Of a DNA stretch of 64,000 nt, positions 31,154 to 44,226 are shown piece by piece; the stretch's first letter is position 1, and each line of letters starts with the position of its first letter. The notes below the pieces were generated by a model, which searched no databases, was not told the origin of the DNA, and saw only the letters and a list, made by a program, of their open reading frames with translations. Made by a program: the position numbers and the translations under genes. Origin of the DNA: an uncultured Nitrospinota bacterium (GTDB lineage Bacteria; Tectomicrobia; Entotheonellia; J063; CAVPRW01); the NCBI GenBank assembly GCA_963707985.1, contig CAVPRW010000005.1, forward strand, positions 126,236 through 190,235, read 5' to 3'.

Positions 31154-31532
31154 GATGGTTTCTCCCTCTTACCTGTTCGTCACTACCTGGAAAATCGCTC
31201 TGCTTGGATGGATTTGTCCTGACCGCCAGGGTACCATCAAGTGGGACATCGCTCACCCAAGTCCGGTTCGCACCAGGCGGCTAACAGGTACGATCCATGC
31301 TGAAGGGATGCCCATAGTGATTGAAATATCTCGCGCACTGTGTGAGAATTTGATAGATGTCGCCAACATGCAGACACGCGTGCAAACCAGTATTATAAAA
31401 TTGCCTGGCGGAGGCCACAAGCGAAAAGTGGATACGTTGCGGTGCCCTAGTCATGATCTCCCTGCGGCCTTAGGAACGAGACGACGAAGGACCGCCAACA
31501 TGAGGAAAGCCTGAGTAGATGCTGAGATCGCC

Positions 31533-32045
31533 ATGACGATTGAGGCACGGTTTATCGCTGATACGATGCTTGGGAAACTCACGAAATGGTTGCGTGTGAT
31601 GGGAATCGATGTAATGTATTATCCTGACGCCACCGATGCCCACCTCTTGCAGTGCGCAGAGCCTGGAGGGAGAATCGTCATGACGCGGGATCGGTGCTTG
31701 ATGCGCCGTCGGGAGCTGGCGCAGTGCTTTTACATCGTGAGCGATTACTACCATGAGCAAGTGCGCCAGGTCGTGCAAGCGTTTCGTCTCAGTGAGAGCA
31801 TTCAGGTTTTCAGCCGCTGTCTCCAATGTAATATGCTTCTGGGGGGAATCGCCAAACCGCTTGTGGAGGGAAGGGTTCCCCCGTACGTGTATGCTTCGCA
31901 AATGACTTTCAAACACTGTGCGATATGTAAGCGGTTATATTGGGGAGGGACGCATCGTGACAATATGCTCCGACAACTTCAGGCGATGCTCAGCGGCCTG
32001 CTCGAAATCAGTCCTGAGACGCATCGCTGTATGACTCGTCCATAG
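31533..32045 (+). CDS. Mut7-C RNase (PIN-fold) domain protein
   Basis: FIADTMLGKLTKWLRVMGID, TRD, RCLQCN, CAICKRLYWGGTH. Confidence 0.9.
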   Translation: MTIEARFIADTMLGKLTKWLRVMGIDVMYYPDATDAHLLQCAEPGGRIVMTRDRCLMRRRELAQCFYIVSDYYHEQVRQVVQAFRLSESIQVFSRCLQCNMLLGGIAKPLVEGRVPPYVYASQMTFKHCAICKRLYWGGTHRDNMLRQLQAMLSGLLEISPETHRCMTRP

Positions 32046-32237
32046 CGGTAATGGATCTTTCCCACGATCGGAGGACGGACTCAATTTTCAGCTTCATGAT
32101 GGGCATGACCGGTGCTGGCAACAATTACCTGGGCCGGAAACGCAACCTTGGGCTATGAGTACGATAGCTCATGCCGAGCAGAAGCACTCTGCCCAGGTAG
32201 ATCTCTAACCACAGGACCGAGGAAGGATCGGTATGTG

Positions 32238-33440
32238 ATGGCGGGAAGTGCTCCAAACATTACTGTGAGTGCTGAGGTGGCCCAGCTGAGCGAATTCGTC
32301 ATCGATCTGCGTCGCACACTCCATCAATGGCCAGAGTTAGGATTCCAGGAAAGACGTACCAGCGGATTCGTGGCCGAGCGCCTCCAGGCGTTGGGGATTG
32401 AGGTGAGAACCGGTGTGGCACAGACGGGGGTGCTGGGCATCCTGCGGGGAAATGGGGTGGGGAAGACCGTATTATTGCGAGCTGATATAGATGGGCTCCC
32501 CATTGAGGAAGTGAGTGGCGCTCCATATGCCTCCCAGAATCCTGGTGTCATGCATGCTTGTGGACACGATGGCCACACGGCTATCTTGCTCACCGTGGCT
32601 CGGGTGCTAGCGCAGCATCGCCAACACTTTTCCGGGACGGTGAAGTTCGCCTTCCAACCAGCCGAGGAGCTGCCGCCGGGCGGTGCGAAGGGAATGATTG
32701 AAGAGGGTGTTCTAGAGCATCCAAAAGTTGACGCCACATTTGGCTTGCACCTTTGGAACGGTCTCCCCGTAGGGAAGATTGGGGTGGATGCAGGACCCAT
32801 CATGGCTAGCGTCGATCGGTTCGACATTGTTATTATAGGGGTCGGGAGTCATGGGGCCTATCCCCATAGCGGCGTTGACCCCATTGTCGTGGGCAGCCAT
32901 GTCGTGGCCGCCCTGCAGACGGTGGTCAGTCGAGAAGTGCCGCCATTGGCACCAGTGGTGGTAACCGTGGGAACATTTCACGGAGGCACCGCCTTCAACG
33001 TCATCCCTAGCCATGTGGAGCTGTCGGGCACGGTGCGTACCGTGGACAAGCGTATTCGCGACGAAATGCCCGCGCGGCTTGAGCGCATCGTGCGGGGAAT
33101 CACCTCTGGGATGCGGGCGGATTCCAGTTTCAATTACGTATTTGGGTATCCTGTGACCGTCAACGATGGGGGCAGGGCTCAATTTGCGCGGCGAGTGGCC
33201 GAGGGGATCGTTGGCGAAGCCAATGTCGTATCGGTCGGTATGACCATGGGTGCCGAGGACATGGCCTATTTTCTGGACGCTGTGCCGGGGTGCTATCTCC
33301 GATTAGGGTCCGGAAACCCCGACAAGGGGCTCATTCATCCGCATCATAGTGCCCTGTTCAATTTTGATGAGGCGGCCTTACCTATTGGGGTCGAACTCCT
33401 CACCCAACTGACACTCGCTTACTTGAGCGGGCGGAAGTAG
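32238..33440 (+). CDS. M20D family amidohydrolase
   Basis: PELGFQE, LRADID, MHACGHDGH, FQPAEE, AEDM, HHSALF. Confidence 0.93.
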   Translation: MAGSAPNITVSAEVAQLSEFVIDLRRTLHQWPELGFQERRTSGFVAERLQALGIEVRTGVAQTGVLGILRGNGVGKTVLLRADIDGLPIEEVSGAPYASQNPGVMHACGHDGHTAILLTVARVLAQHRQHFSGTVKFAFQPAEELPPGGAKGMIEEGVLEHPKVDATFGLHLWNGLPVGKIGVDAGPIMASVDRFDIVIIGVGSHGAYPHSGVDPIVVGSHVVAALQTVVSREVPPLAPVVVTVGTFHGGTAFNVIPSHVELSGTVRTVDKRIRDEMPARLERIVRGITSGMRADSSFNYVFGYPVTVNDGGRAQFARRVAEGIVGEANVVSVGMTMGAEDMAYFLDAVPGCYLRLGSGNPDKGLIHPHHSALFNFDEAALPIGVELLTQLTLAYLSGRK

Positions 33441-33483
33441 CCATTTCCGGGGACATCGTCGCAAAGGCCATAGGAGACATTAA

Positions 33484-34149
33484 ATGGGACGTTGGTGGAC
33501 TGTTGCAGTGGTTACTGTATTGGTGGCGATCGGGTTATTCAACGGATGCGAGCTGGGCTGGGACTTCTTGAAGGAGAGCGGGAGCGGTGGAACGGCGGGA
33601 GCACAATCGGACTGTCAAAATAGTCGGGTGGTGACGGGACAATTTCCACCCAGCGGAAACTTCTTTGCCACTGGGACATTCACCGCCGACTATACTTCTC
33701 CTAAATTTACTCGTCCTGTCTCACCAAAAGCTCTTGGCCTTCGCGTTAGCCGGAACCGGCTATGGTTAAATGATCTGTCCATCGAAGTGTCTTTTTTCCC
33801 TGTCAACGATACCGACCAGGATCCGCGCAATGGTTGCCTCGGTCGCGCCATTCTAGAGATCAATATCCCTGAAGAAGATCTGTTTTTCGACAATACTCCT
33901 ATGGAAATTCGATCAACGCGCATCTCCCAGACCGAACCAAGCGCTTTCTATGCCGAGGGGGGGGAGCCTGGCTTTACTTCTAGTGCAGTGCAGGTCACTA
34001 TCCGTTTGCAGTCGACTGACGGCAGCACCGTCGCCGGTTCGTTCGAGTTACATTTCAATCCCGGTGTCGATAGTCGTTCCTTCGTCAATGGCCAAATCGA
34101 TGCTGATGTTGATCAAAATCCTGCTGCCGAAGGGCTTCAACCTTCGTGA
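33484..34149 (+). CDS. Hypothetical lipoprotein
   Basis: GGAG RBS; basic/hydrophobic signal ending LFNG-C. Confidence 0.65.
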   Translation: MGRWWTVAVVTVLVAIGLFNGCELGWDFLKESGSGGTAGAQSDCQNSRVVTGQFPPSGNFFATGTFTADYTSPKFTRPVSPKALGLRVSRNRLWLNDLSIEVSFFPVNDTDQDPRNGCLGRAILEINIPEEDLFFDNTPMEIRSTRISQTEPSAFYAEGGEPGFTSSAVQVTIRLQSTDGSTVAGSFELHFNPGVDSRSFVNGQIDADVDQNPAAEGLQPS

Positions 34150-34273
34150 GCTGGTCTGCCGTAAAGAGTGTGTACGGACTTATGACAGTGTCAAGTCAGA
34201 GGCTCTATGCGGGTACCTTAGTTGGATTGATGATTCAGGCGGCTAGTTTATGACGATGTAGCAGGGTCTTAAT

Positions 34274-34301
34274 AAAAAGCCCCTCATGTGAGGGGCTTTT
34301 T
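34274..34301. terminator. Bidirectional intrinsic terminator ending the rRNA unit
   Basis: AAAAAGCCCCTC-ATGT-GAGGGGCTTTTT, perfect stem with A/T tails on both sides, immediately after the 5S 3' end. Confidence 0.9.
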
Positions 34302-34309
34302 AGGTGAAA

Positions 34310-34425
<116 letters not shown>

Positions 34426-34505
34426 TTTCCTTTTGGGTGACTGCAGCTCTCTCTTGGAACACTCTCTGACAACTGAACAGCGGCACAAACAGTAAGCGAA
34501 CTCCC

Positions 34506-36128
<1,623 letters not shown>

Positions 36129-36183
36129 AACCTGTTCTTATCAAACAGGGGCAATTCAAAGAATGCGCTGACTGTTTGAAAAT

Positions 36184-36210
36184 CCGCTGTTCAGTTGTCA
36201 AAGAGCGTTC
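36184..36210 (-). promoter_or_regulatory. rrn leader with boxA-like element and 5' arm of the 16S processing stem
   Basis: Transcript GAACGCUCUUUGACAACUGAACAGCGG is complementary (with G-U pairs) to the post-16S trailer CCGCUGUUCAGUUGUCAGAGAGUGUUC (34457-34483). Confidence 0.8.
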
Positions 36211-36230
36211 TGTACGTTAAAGCGGAGTTT

Positions 36231-36258
36231 AATATATACCATTTCGCCGCTATGTCAA
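36231..36258 (-). promoter_or_regulatory. rRNA operon sigma70 promoter
   Basis: TTGACA - 16 bp - TATATT, about 100 bp upstream of the 16S. Confidence 0.8.
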
Positions 36259-36295
36259 GCGCTTTTTCGGGGGCCTGACAAAAAACTGCACTCCC

Positions 36296-36790
36296 CTACA
36301 TCCCTAGCTTGGAGCGGGCTTCATCCATGAGCCCATCGGTAATCAGCTGATGGCCCTGCTCCAGGGCAAAACGCTCGATCGCGCGCTGGACCATAGGGCG
36401 GATAAAGCCTGGGATGCGCTCTAGGCGGACTTTCGCGGCGTCGCTCCAGAGAATATCCGGCGGTGACATCGTCGCTTCAGCTTGTCCGAGCATGCCTGCA
36501 AAGGGACACCCAGGACTGGTGGGTTGATCACCACCGGGCACTACTCCCTCGCTTTCTGCCTGCACTAGGGTGCCAAGAATTTGCTCATACGGACTTACAG
36601 GAGCAGCGCGCCCACCCACCTTCACACCCAAGGTCTGCACGAGCTGCGTTTCCCACGCATTAGTCAGCATGGCGACGCGATAACGGCAGCGCGGGCAGAC
36701 AAAGGTTGCTTCGAGTGATCCGTCATGTGGACCGCTGGCGGTTTCCAGTTTCATCCCTTCGTCGCAGTTGATACACAGAAATTTCATCAC
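36296..36790 (-). CDS. Zn-ribbon + PCP_red (proto-chlorophyllide reductase 57 kDa subunit C-terminal-like) domain protein
   Basis: CINC...CPRC, GCPF, WSDAAKVRLERIPGFIRPMVQRAIERFA. Confidence 0.75.
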   Translation of the reverse strand: MMKFLCINCDEGMKLETASGPHDGSLEATFVCPRCRYRVAMLTNAWETQLVQTLGVKVGGRAAPVSPYEQILGTLVQAESEGVVPGGDQPTSPGCPFAGMLGQAEATMSPPDILWSDAAKVRLERIPGFIRPMVQRAIERFALEQGHQLITDGLMDEARSKLGM

Positions 36791-37704
36791 TCCCCTCTCT
36801 CTATGCGGCCTTCTGCGTCAAACCCGATGGCTCCCAAGACCTCCCGCGCCATCGCCTGAAACATGCGACCGGTTGTGGTCTCCTGGTGTATGGCCACGAA
36901 GGGGATACCGCTATCCCCCGAACGAGCCAGACGCGGATCGAAGGGCAACTCCCCCAGAAATCGAATATCGAAGTCACGTGCCAACTGCAACCCCTGACCA
37001 GGCTTGAATAATTCACCAACGGTCTGACAAGTCTGACACTCATATCCGACCATGTTCTCAATCAATCCTAGCATGGGAATCTTAAGGTCTCGCGCTAAGG
37101 CGAGCGATTTGCGTACCACCAGATGCGACACCTCGGACGGGATTGTCACCAGAATGATCCCTGTCAAACCGGGTAAGATGTCGGCTAATGTGGCGATACG
37201 ATCCGTGCCTGGTGGTAAATCCAGAAACAGGCAATCAAGCGCTCCCCAGATCGTGTCGCTCAAGAACTCTCGGAGCGCGGTGCCCTCCATACTGCTCCGC
37301 CATACGTAGGCATCTGTCGGCGTCATAGCCTGCCAGGTGACTGGCGTGTCGTCGTGGGGTAAGAGCAAATCCATCGACATGATTCGCATCTCTGCCGGCC
37401 CCTGGACTGGCTGCACTCCTGCCGCGGTGATCACTGGCCTCTGCCCGCGCACTCCAGTCATTTTCGCAATAGAAGGGCCATTGAGGTCAGCATCGAGGAT
37501 GCCCACGGCCGCCCCTTGCATCGCCACGACGGTGGCGAGATTTACGGTGATGGCGCTCTTCCCCACGCCACCCTTGCCGCTCACCACAGCTACCTTATGC
37601 CTAATGTCCTGCATCCTCGTCCGTAATCGGGCAACCTGTTCTGCCACTTGGCCAACAATGTTGGAGCCACCGTCGCCCGACAGATCTTTGTAGGTTTTCG
37701 GCAT
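36787..37704 (-). CDS. mrp: Mrp/NBP35 (ApbC) P-loop ATPase, Fe-S carrier
   Basis: SGKGGVGKS, DADLNGPS, DLPPGT, ENMVGYECQTC. Confidence 0.9.
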   Translation of the reverse strand: MPKTYKDLSGDGGSNIVGQVAEQVARLRTRMQDIRHKVAVVSGKGGVGKSAITVNLATVVAMQGAAVGILDADLNGPSIAKMTGVRGQRPVITAAGVQPVQGPAEMRIMSMDLLLPHDDTPVTWQAMTPTDAYVWRSSMEGTALREFLSDTIWGALDCLFLDLPPGTDRIATLADILPGLTGIILVTIPSEVSHLVVRKSLALARDLKIPMLGLIENMVGYECQTCQTVGELFKPGQGLQLARDFDIRFLGELPFDPRLARSGDSGIPFVAIHQETTTGRMFQAMAREVLGAIGFDAEGRIERGE

Positions 37705-38208
37705 CGCTCGTTTCCTTGACAAAAGACGACCAAGTTATGGATCGAAGGTAGCATACACAGCCAGACTGAGCGCGTCAACTTGGGTCGTGCCCCCCACGCA
37801 CTGATAAGCATCATCATGGCGTAACTCCCGCCATGCCCTTAACCCTATCAACCCACGCGAGATGCCCGACTATTATGTCGTATACCGGAAGAAAAAACTG
37901 TTGGTGTGCCTAGACCACACCGCGTCGGCTCCGAGCATGCGCTCCTCGGGGTTGCTCAGGGTGACACATCACTGGTATGCCAATCTTCCGTGGTCCGATG
38001 CCAAAGACTCAGCAAAATTCCAGCAGAAGACCTGACACCCTCGGCTCGCTTATAGTAGAATAGAATTTCGCCGGCCTGCACCACACGGGAGGGTGTCACT
38101 AGCCTCTGAATGTTGGGAGAGGCATTCGATCCGACAACGTATGACTCGCCTGTGATAGGACCTTTTGTGACAAGCCAAGATCGTCTAGGCAGTGTCTGTT
38201 CCACGGTG

Positions 38209-40287
38209 ATGTTGGTTCGCATACTCTGGGTGGTAACTTGGGCGTCTAGTCTCCAGGCCGCCGAACCTCCTGTGCCGCTTTATATTCAAGCCGATTATCT
38301 GGAACGGCGACCTGCTGAAAATTCCCTCCGTTTTCAAGGGGCGGTCGATATTAAGTACGGAGAAAGTCGAATTCTCGCCGATGCCGTCGAGGTGAATACC
38401 GAAACCGGAGAGGGCACGGCCGAGGGGCATGTACACTTTGAAGACCCGCACCGAAAGGTAGCAGCTGAGCGCGCCGAATTTAACCTGTTCACAAAGACCG
38501 GCACCCTCCATCAGACCACAGGGTCTCTAGAGGGCAAGGGCCTAGCGCACCGCAGGGGCCAATCAGCTCAACCGGTGACGTTTTATTTCGCGGCTGAGCG
38601 TTTTGTCAGAGAGACAGAGGTACGTTCGCGCATCAGCCGCGGCAGTTTGACCTCGTGTCTGGGCCCAAGTCCCGGTTGGCTGTTCAAGGCGCAAGACGCA
38701 ACGATCGAAGAGGAGGGCTATGCTTATCTATCCCACGTGACCTTCTGGATCAAGAATGTGCCGGTCTTCTACACACCATATTTTATCCTCCCGACCAAGT
38801 CCGAACGCGCAACTGGTATTCTGCCACCAGGGTTTGGGACCAGCAATGAGCTAGGATTCTTTCTCAATAATGCCTTTTTCTGGGCGATCAATGACCAATC
38901 CGATACCACTATCGGCGTGGATTATTGGAGCAAACGGGGCGTCCGTCCAAGCCTGGAATATCGCTATATCCTGAGCGCCGAGGACCATGGGCAGTTCAAT
39001 ACGCTTTACTTAGATGATGACCTGACAGGTAACCAGTTTTGGAAGGTCGGGGGGAGTTCCGCGCAAAATCTCCCTGGACAAATCAGAGGCATCCTTGCCC
39101 TCGACCTGATGAGCAAGGCCAATTACGATCGCACCTTCGAAGTGGTGAATTTACTCGCACGCACGCGCCGCGATGCCGACTCTTATCTGTCGTTGTTCCG
39201 CAACTGGGAACATGCCGCCGCTGGTCTCCAAGCGCGACAGCTAGTCGACGTGGAAAACCAGAACGATGAGCGGTTGAAACGTTACCCAGACGTCGGCTTC
39301 GACCTTCTGCCAACACCCCTCCCTTGGGGTCCGTTAACTTTTGGTCTAGGAGCGTTAGCGACGAACTTCCTGGGCGATAGAACCGAATCCCTTGGCGGCG
39401 ACCTCAACGAGAGGCGTTTTATCTTGTTGCCGCAGCTCAGCGGGACGCTCGCTCAACGTCCCTGGGCGGCGATCACGCCGTTCCTAGGATTTCAGGAAAC
39501 CGTGTTCGACCTGTCGGGGCAAGGAACGGAGGCCCAGAGTGTCCCCACGATGGGGGCAGAGATCAGAGGTCCACAGCTCTTCAGGATCTACGGCTCCCAG
39601 GAGGGAAGTCGATATAAGCATGTGGTGGAGCCAAGTATCACCTATCATTGGATCCCTCATTTCACGGAAAAAACCCTCCAGCAGCCGTTCGATATCTTCG
39701 ATGATGTATTCCATCGCAATGATTTCATGTTCAGCATCACCAACCGGCTTTACGCTCGCACGGGCAGCCCTGGCGGGGCTTTCGAGACGCGAGAATTCGC
39801 CCTCCTACGCATTAGTCAAGGATTGGACTTGACCGGTCAAAACGGAGCGGCATTCTCGCAGATCGCCCCTGGCCCATTCTTTTCAGATCTCAACCTCGAA
39901 GCGCGAGCGCAGTTGACTTCGACCCTGACCCTGCGCACCGATGTGGCTTATGACACAGCACAAGGCCAGCTTGATATCGCCAATGCAGGCATCGTCCTCC
40001 AACCTTTGCCATTTACCTACATCGCGCTGGAGCGCCGCTTCCGCCGTGATCCTAATGTCGATTTTATTAACGGCGCCATTGGATTAACTTTGCCGAAAGG
40101 ATGGGGCCTCGTCTATTCGACCGGCTATAATGCGCGGGATAAATCATTTGCCGGTAATGCCGTGACCGCGACGTACCGTTCCGAATGCTGGACTGTACGC
40201 CTGGAAATGATCCAGCGCACGACCGAGACGCGTTTCGCTTTCCAAATCGGACTTGGGTCCTTTCTCCTGCCCAGAGTGGGATTCTAG
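38209..40287 (+). CDS. lptD: LPS-assembly outer membrane protein LptD
   Basis: Signal peptide, OstA-like N-domain (IQADYL), TSC, VPVFYTPY, ERATGILPP, C-terminal ECW in a beta-barrel. Confidence 0.88.
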   Translation: MLVRILWVVTWASSLQAAEPPVPLYIQADYLERRPAENSLRFQGAVDIKYGESRILADAVEVNTETGEGTAEGHVHFEDPHRKVAAERAEFNLFTKTGTLHQTTGSLEGKGLAHRRGQSAQPVTFYFAAERFVRETEVRSRISRGSLTSCLGPSPGWLFKAQDATIEEEGYAYLSHVTFWIKNVPVFYTPYFILPTKSERATGILPPGFGTSNELGFFLNNAFFWAINDQSDTTIGVDYWSKRGVRPSLEYRYILSAEDHGQFNTLYLDDDLTGNQFWKVGGSSAQNLPGQIRGILALDLMSKANYDRTFEVVNLLARTRRDADSYLSLFRNWEHAAAGLQARQLVDVENQNDERLKRYPDVGFDLLPTPLPWGPLTFGLGALATNFLGDRTESLGGDLNERRFILLPQLSGTLAQRPWAAITPFLGFQETVFDLSGQGTEAQSVPTMGAEIRGPQLFRIYGSQEGSRYKHVVEPSITYHWIPHFTEKTLQQPFDIFDDVFHRNDFMFSITNRLYARTGSPGGAFETREFALLRISQGLDLTGQNGAAFSQIAPGPFFSDLNLEARAQLTSTLTLRTDVAYDTAQGQLDIANAGIVLQPLPFTYIALERRFRRDPNVDFINGAIGLTLPKGWGLVYSTGYNARDKSFAGNAVTATYRSECWTVRLEMIQRTTETRFAFQIGLGSFLLPRVGF

Positions 40288-40390
40288 CGAGTCACCTCAA
40301 AGGGCGGAACAACGTGATTGCGGGTTGAGACGAGGGCTTCCAGCGGTCGACAAGCACATGAGCATAGGCCCGGAAGGTTGCCTACGGTCA

Positions 40391-41792
40391 TCAGGCATTC
40401 GTATGTAAAAACCCTTTGATGAGTGTGAGCAATAGGATCTTCACATCCAACACCAGAGACCAGCGCTGGATATATTCCAGATCGTAACGTAGGCGCTCTT
40501 CGATGCTGGTATCGCCACGATAGCCATGGATTTGCGCCCATCCGGTCATGCCTGCCTGGATTTTATGTCGCAGCATGTACCGGGGTATGCCCTGGCGAAA
40601 CTGGGCAATAAATTCTGGGCGTTCGGGTCTGGGGCCCACCAAGCTCATCTCCCCCTTAAGCACATTCATCAGCTGTGGCAGTTCGTCGAGGCTAAGTCGC
40701 CTGAGCCAGAACCCCACTCGAGTGCAACGCTCGTCGTTTTTTGTACTCCAGATAGGAGTCCCTGTCGGCTCCGCGTCGGTGCGCATGGAACGAAATTTTA
40801 GAAGTGTAAACGGCCGGCAATCGAGCCCCATGCGCTGCTGTCGGTACAAGACAGGCCCAGTGGGAGGAGAATTTGATCAGGAGCGCGATCATCGCCAGCA
40901 GCGGCGCACACAGTACCAGGGCGACGGACGATATGCCGAGATCGATCCCGCGTTTCAGCACCGCGTTCCAACCATACAATGGGGCCCCTTGCAAGGTTAA
41001 CGCTGGAATCCCCGCCAGATCTTCCACGCCACAGCGCAGCGAGCGGTAGCGCGATAGGTCTGGTACCAACATCACCTCGATCGGTTCGTTCTCGATCTGT
41101 GCAAGCACGTCTTCAACAACCTCATACGTTCGAAATGGAAGAGCTATAATCAACTGGTCGATATGCTCCTGCTGCAAAATCGCCACCACCGCACGTGGTG
41201 TCCCGAGCACCTCAATGCCGTCGAGACGTGTACCCACCAGGTGTGGAGACTCGGCGGCGATCCCGACGATTGTCAAACCCGCTTCCGGGTGCTGCTGAAT
41301 CGTCTTAATAACCTCGTGCGCCAGGTCTTCATGGCCCACCACCAGCGCCCGCCGTAGATACGTCCCCTTGCGCCGGAGTTGGCGCACCGTATGTGGGATC
41401 AAGACGCGACTGGCCAGGGGCAGTGAAATCGCTGCCACCCAGAAGATCGCCAACACCATGCGGGAAATGTCCACCTCTTTCAAGACATAACTGGTCGCTG
41501 TGAAGCATACCAGCGTCAGGCTGGCCGCTTTCGCCAGTAACCATCCTTCGTCCCAAAATGCAAACGTCCGCCTGGGGCTATACAGGCCCAGGCCAACACC
41601 GACGACACCCCAAATAGGCATAAGGTACAACAGCGGAAAGATGTACTCATATAGGGGCGGTACCCCTTTCCATACCGGAATGAGCCCGCTGATGAGGCGT
41701 AGGTGATACGCAAAAAGCCAGGCCAAAGCAATGAGCACGAGGTCGGTGGCCAGGAGCACAGTCCGAAAAAAAAGTAGGCGTTGGCGAAACAT
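40391..41792 (-). CDS. Undecaprenyl-phosphate glucose phosphotransferase (WcaJ-like); frameshift near 40860
   Basis: N-terminal TMs and KRGIDL in ORF 40692-41792; KFRSM, SLDELPQL, VGPRPERP and GMTGWAQ in ORF 40391-40849. Confidence 0.9.
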
Positions 41793-41823
41793 TGGTCACC
41801 AGGTGTGGGTGTGGTTGACACTG

Positions 41824-42990
41824 TCAGTCGATGGCGATACCCATCTTGTCCGCTAAGAAGGTCGTGATCCGTGTCTTAAACTCGGGCCGATCGAAGTGTA
41901 ACGCGTGCTGCCGGATCGCCATGGGGTCAAAAGCTTCCGCGTGCCTCTGGTACACTGAAACCGCCTCGCAGAGCGCCTCGACCGAGGCTTCGTCAAAAAA
42001 GACCCCCGTCGGTCTGCGACCTGGCATCCCCTCCAGTGCAGCGCTATTGAGGGGAATGACGGTTTCCAAGGCTCCCCCTTTACCCAAAGCAATCACCGCC
42101 TTCCCACAGGCCTGTGCCTCTAAAGGCACAATTCCGAAGTCCTCTTCACCTGGAAAAATCAAGGCCTCACACTGCCGATAATAATCGCGTACCACCTCGT
42201 CGGGTTGCCAGCCAAGAAATGTGACCGAGGAGGATGCTTGGCGCTCGAGCGTCGCACGCTCTGGGCCAACGCCGATCACGACGAGTGGTAGTCGCAACCG
42301 ATTAAACGCCTCCACCGCAATATCGACGCGCTTATACGGCACCAGCGCGCTCACGACCAGGTAGAACGAGGCTCCATGTTGCTGGGGGGAGCTATCGGGT
42401 GTGAAGAACCCGCAATCGACCGGAGGCGGGATCACATGTGCAGATCGATTATAATACGCGCGAATTTTCGCTGCAATATGATCCGAGATAGCGACGAATT
42501 CATCGACACCACCGGCGGTCTTGACATCCCAACGCCGCAGGTAGCGGAAGAGTGCCTGTAACAGTGCCCATGACACCGGCGAAAACCGGCTGCGTGGGAA
42601 ATAGACCGGGCTCTGGTCCCAAATGTAGCGCATGGGCGTGAAACAGTAGCAGACATGCAAGGGGCTCCCGTGACGACGTGCACCCTTGGCCACCGCGTGA
42701 CTACTGCTGAGCACCAGATCATAGCCGGTGAGCTGAAACTGCCGGATCGCCAGGGGAAAGAGCGGTAACAGATGCCGGTAATAGACGGTGGCCAGTGGGA
42801 GAGACTGCAGCCAGGACGTATGGATCGTCACACGCTCAATCGTCGGAGACACGGCGCCCCGCCGATGCACCAGGGTGAATAAATCGGCCCCAGGGAAAAT
42901 CTCGCAGAACACCTCGAGGCAGCGCTCCCCGCCTCGCATCCCTGTGAGCCAGTCATGGACGAGGGCGACCCTCACAGCTCTCCTTTGCAT
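41824..42990 (-). CDS. GT4 glycosyltransferase
   Basis: VALVHDWLTGMRGGE, EEDFGIVPLEAQACG. Confidence 0.93.
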   Translation of the reverse strand: MQRRAVRVALVHDWLTGMRGGERCLEVFCEIFPGADLFTLVHRRGAVSPTIERVTIHTSWLQSLPLATVYYRHLLPLFPLAIRQFQLTGYDLVLSSSHAVAKGARRHGSPLHVCYCFTPMRYIWDQSPVYFPRSRFSPVSWALLQALFRYLRRWDVKTAGGVDEFVAISDHIAAKIRAYYNRSAHVIPPPVDCGFFTPDSSPQQHGASFYLVVSALVPYKRVDIAVEAFNRLRLPLVVIGVGPERATLERQASSSVTFLGWQPDEVVRDYYRQCEALIFPGEEDFGIVPLEAQACGKAVIALGKGGALETVIPLNSAALEGMPGRRPTGVFFDEASVEALCEAVSVYQRHAEAFDPMAIRQHALHFDRPEFKTRITTFLADKMGIAID

Positions 42991-42996
42991 CGCGCG

Positions 42997-44120
42997 CTAC
43001 GGCTGACCCAGCAGATCCTGATAGACTGAGCGCATCTGCGCAACCATCCGCGTCAGCGAAAATTCTTGCTCAACTCGTTCGCGACCGTGCCGTCCAAGTT
43101 CGTCACGCAACTGGGCATCTTGCAGGAGTCGGATGATCTTGCCGGCAAGCGCTTCCGGCGAACCACCCGGCACGAGAAAGCCGGTCACTCCATCTACCAC
43201 CACATCGATGTTTCCCGTGACGCGTGAGGCCACGATCGGCTTGCGGCAGGCCATGGCCTCCAAGAGGACAAGGGAGAGACCTTCCCAGCGCGACGGGAGT
43301 GCGACGACATCAATGGCCTTGAGTAGCCTCGCCACATCGTCGCGATAGCCGGTAAACACGACTTGACGATCGACGCCTAGACGCGTCACTTGGTCTTCTA
43401 TATGCGGCCGCAGTGCCCCGTCGCCAACGAACAGGAATTTCGCTCCTGGACATTGCTCGAGCACGAATGGGATGGCTGCGGCGAGATCATCCTGGGCTTT
43501 CTGAACATCGAACTTCGCGATATGGCCGACGACGACATCGTTAGGGTCAAACCCGAGTTCGCTTTTCACCTGCCCTATATCGACTTTGAGTGTATCGAAG
43601 GACTGCCAATCGATACCATTATAGACGACCAGGCTTCTCTCGACATTCAGCAGACCCAGCGCGAGGCAGGCTTGACGCTCAGAACTGGATACATTGATGA
43701 ACCGGTCGGTGTGCTTCGCCAAAGCTCTCTCGACCCCCACGGAGAGGGTACGTAGGAGAGCCCCATGTTTCTGATAATGCAAGCCATGAAAGCTATACAC
43801 CACGGGTGTGTCGGCGTATAGGCAAGCCAGTCGACCATAGAGCCCAGCTTTGCGGCCATGGACGTGCACGAGCTCAATGCCGTCCCGTTGCATCCTCCGA
43901 CGTAATGAGGAAGAAACTCCTGCGGGCTAAAGGCCGTGAAGGGGACCTCGAACACTGGAACACCCAAATCTTTAAACTTAACGAAGTAGGGACCGTTATC
44001 GGGACAGGCCACACTGAATGCAAATTCACCCTGGAGTTTGCGGACCAGATCATAGACGTGCTTTGCCCCCCCACCAACTCCCTCAGAGATCGCCTCAAGT
44101 ATTTTGGGTCGACGCAGCAT
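42997..44120 (-). CDS. GT4 glycosyltransferase; frameshift near 43900
   Basis: GGGAKHVYDL N-terminus in one frame; PSRWEGLSLVLLEAMA in the next. Confidence 0.88.
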
Positions 44121-44226
44121 CGATCCTCACCTGGTCAGCCATGGTGGTCCTATCCCGTGTACTCTTTCACCACTCATACTGGAGAGATTCGCTGGGATGC
44201 CGTCCGACGCCCCACTGCGCAGGGTC

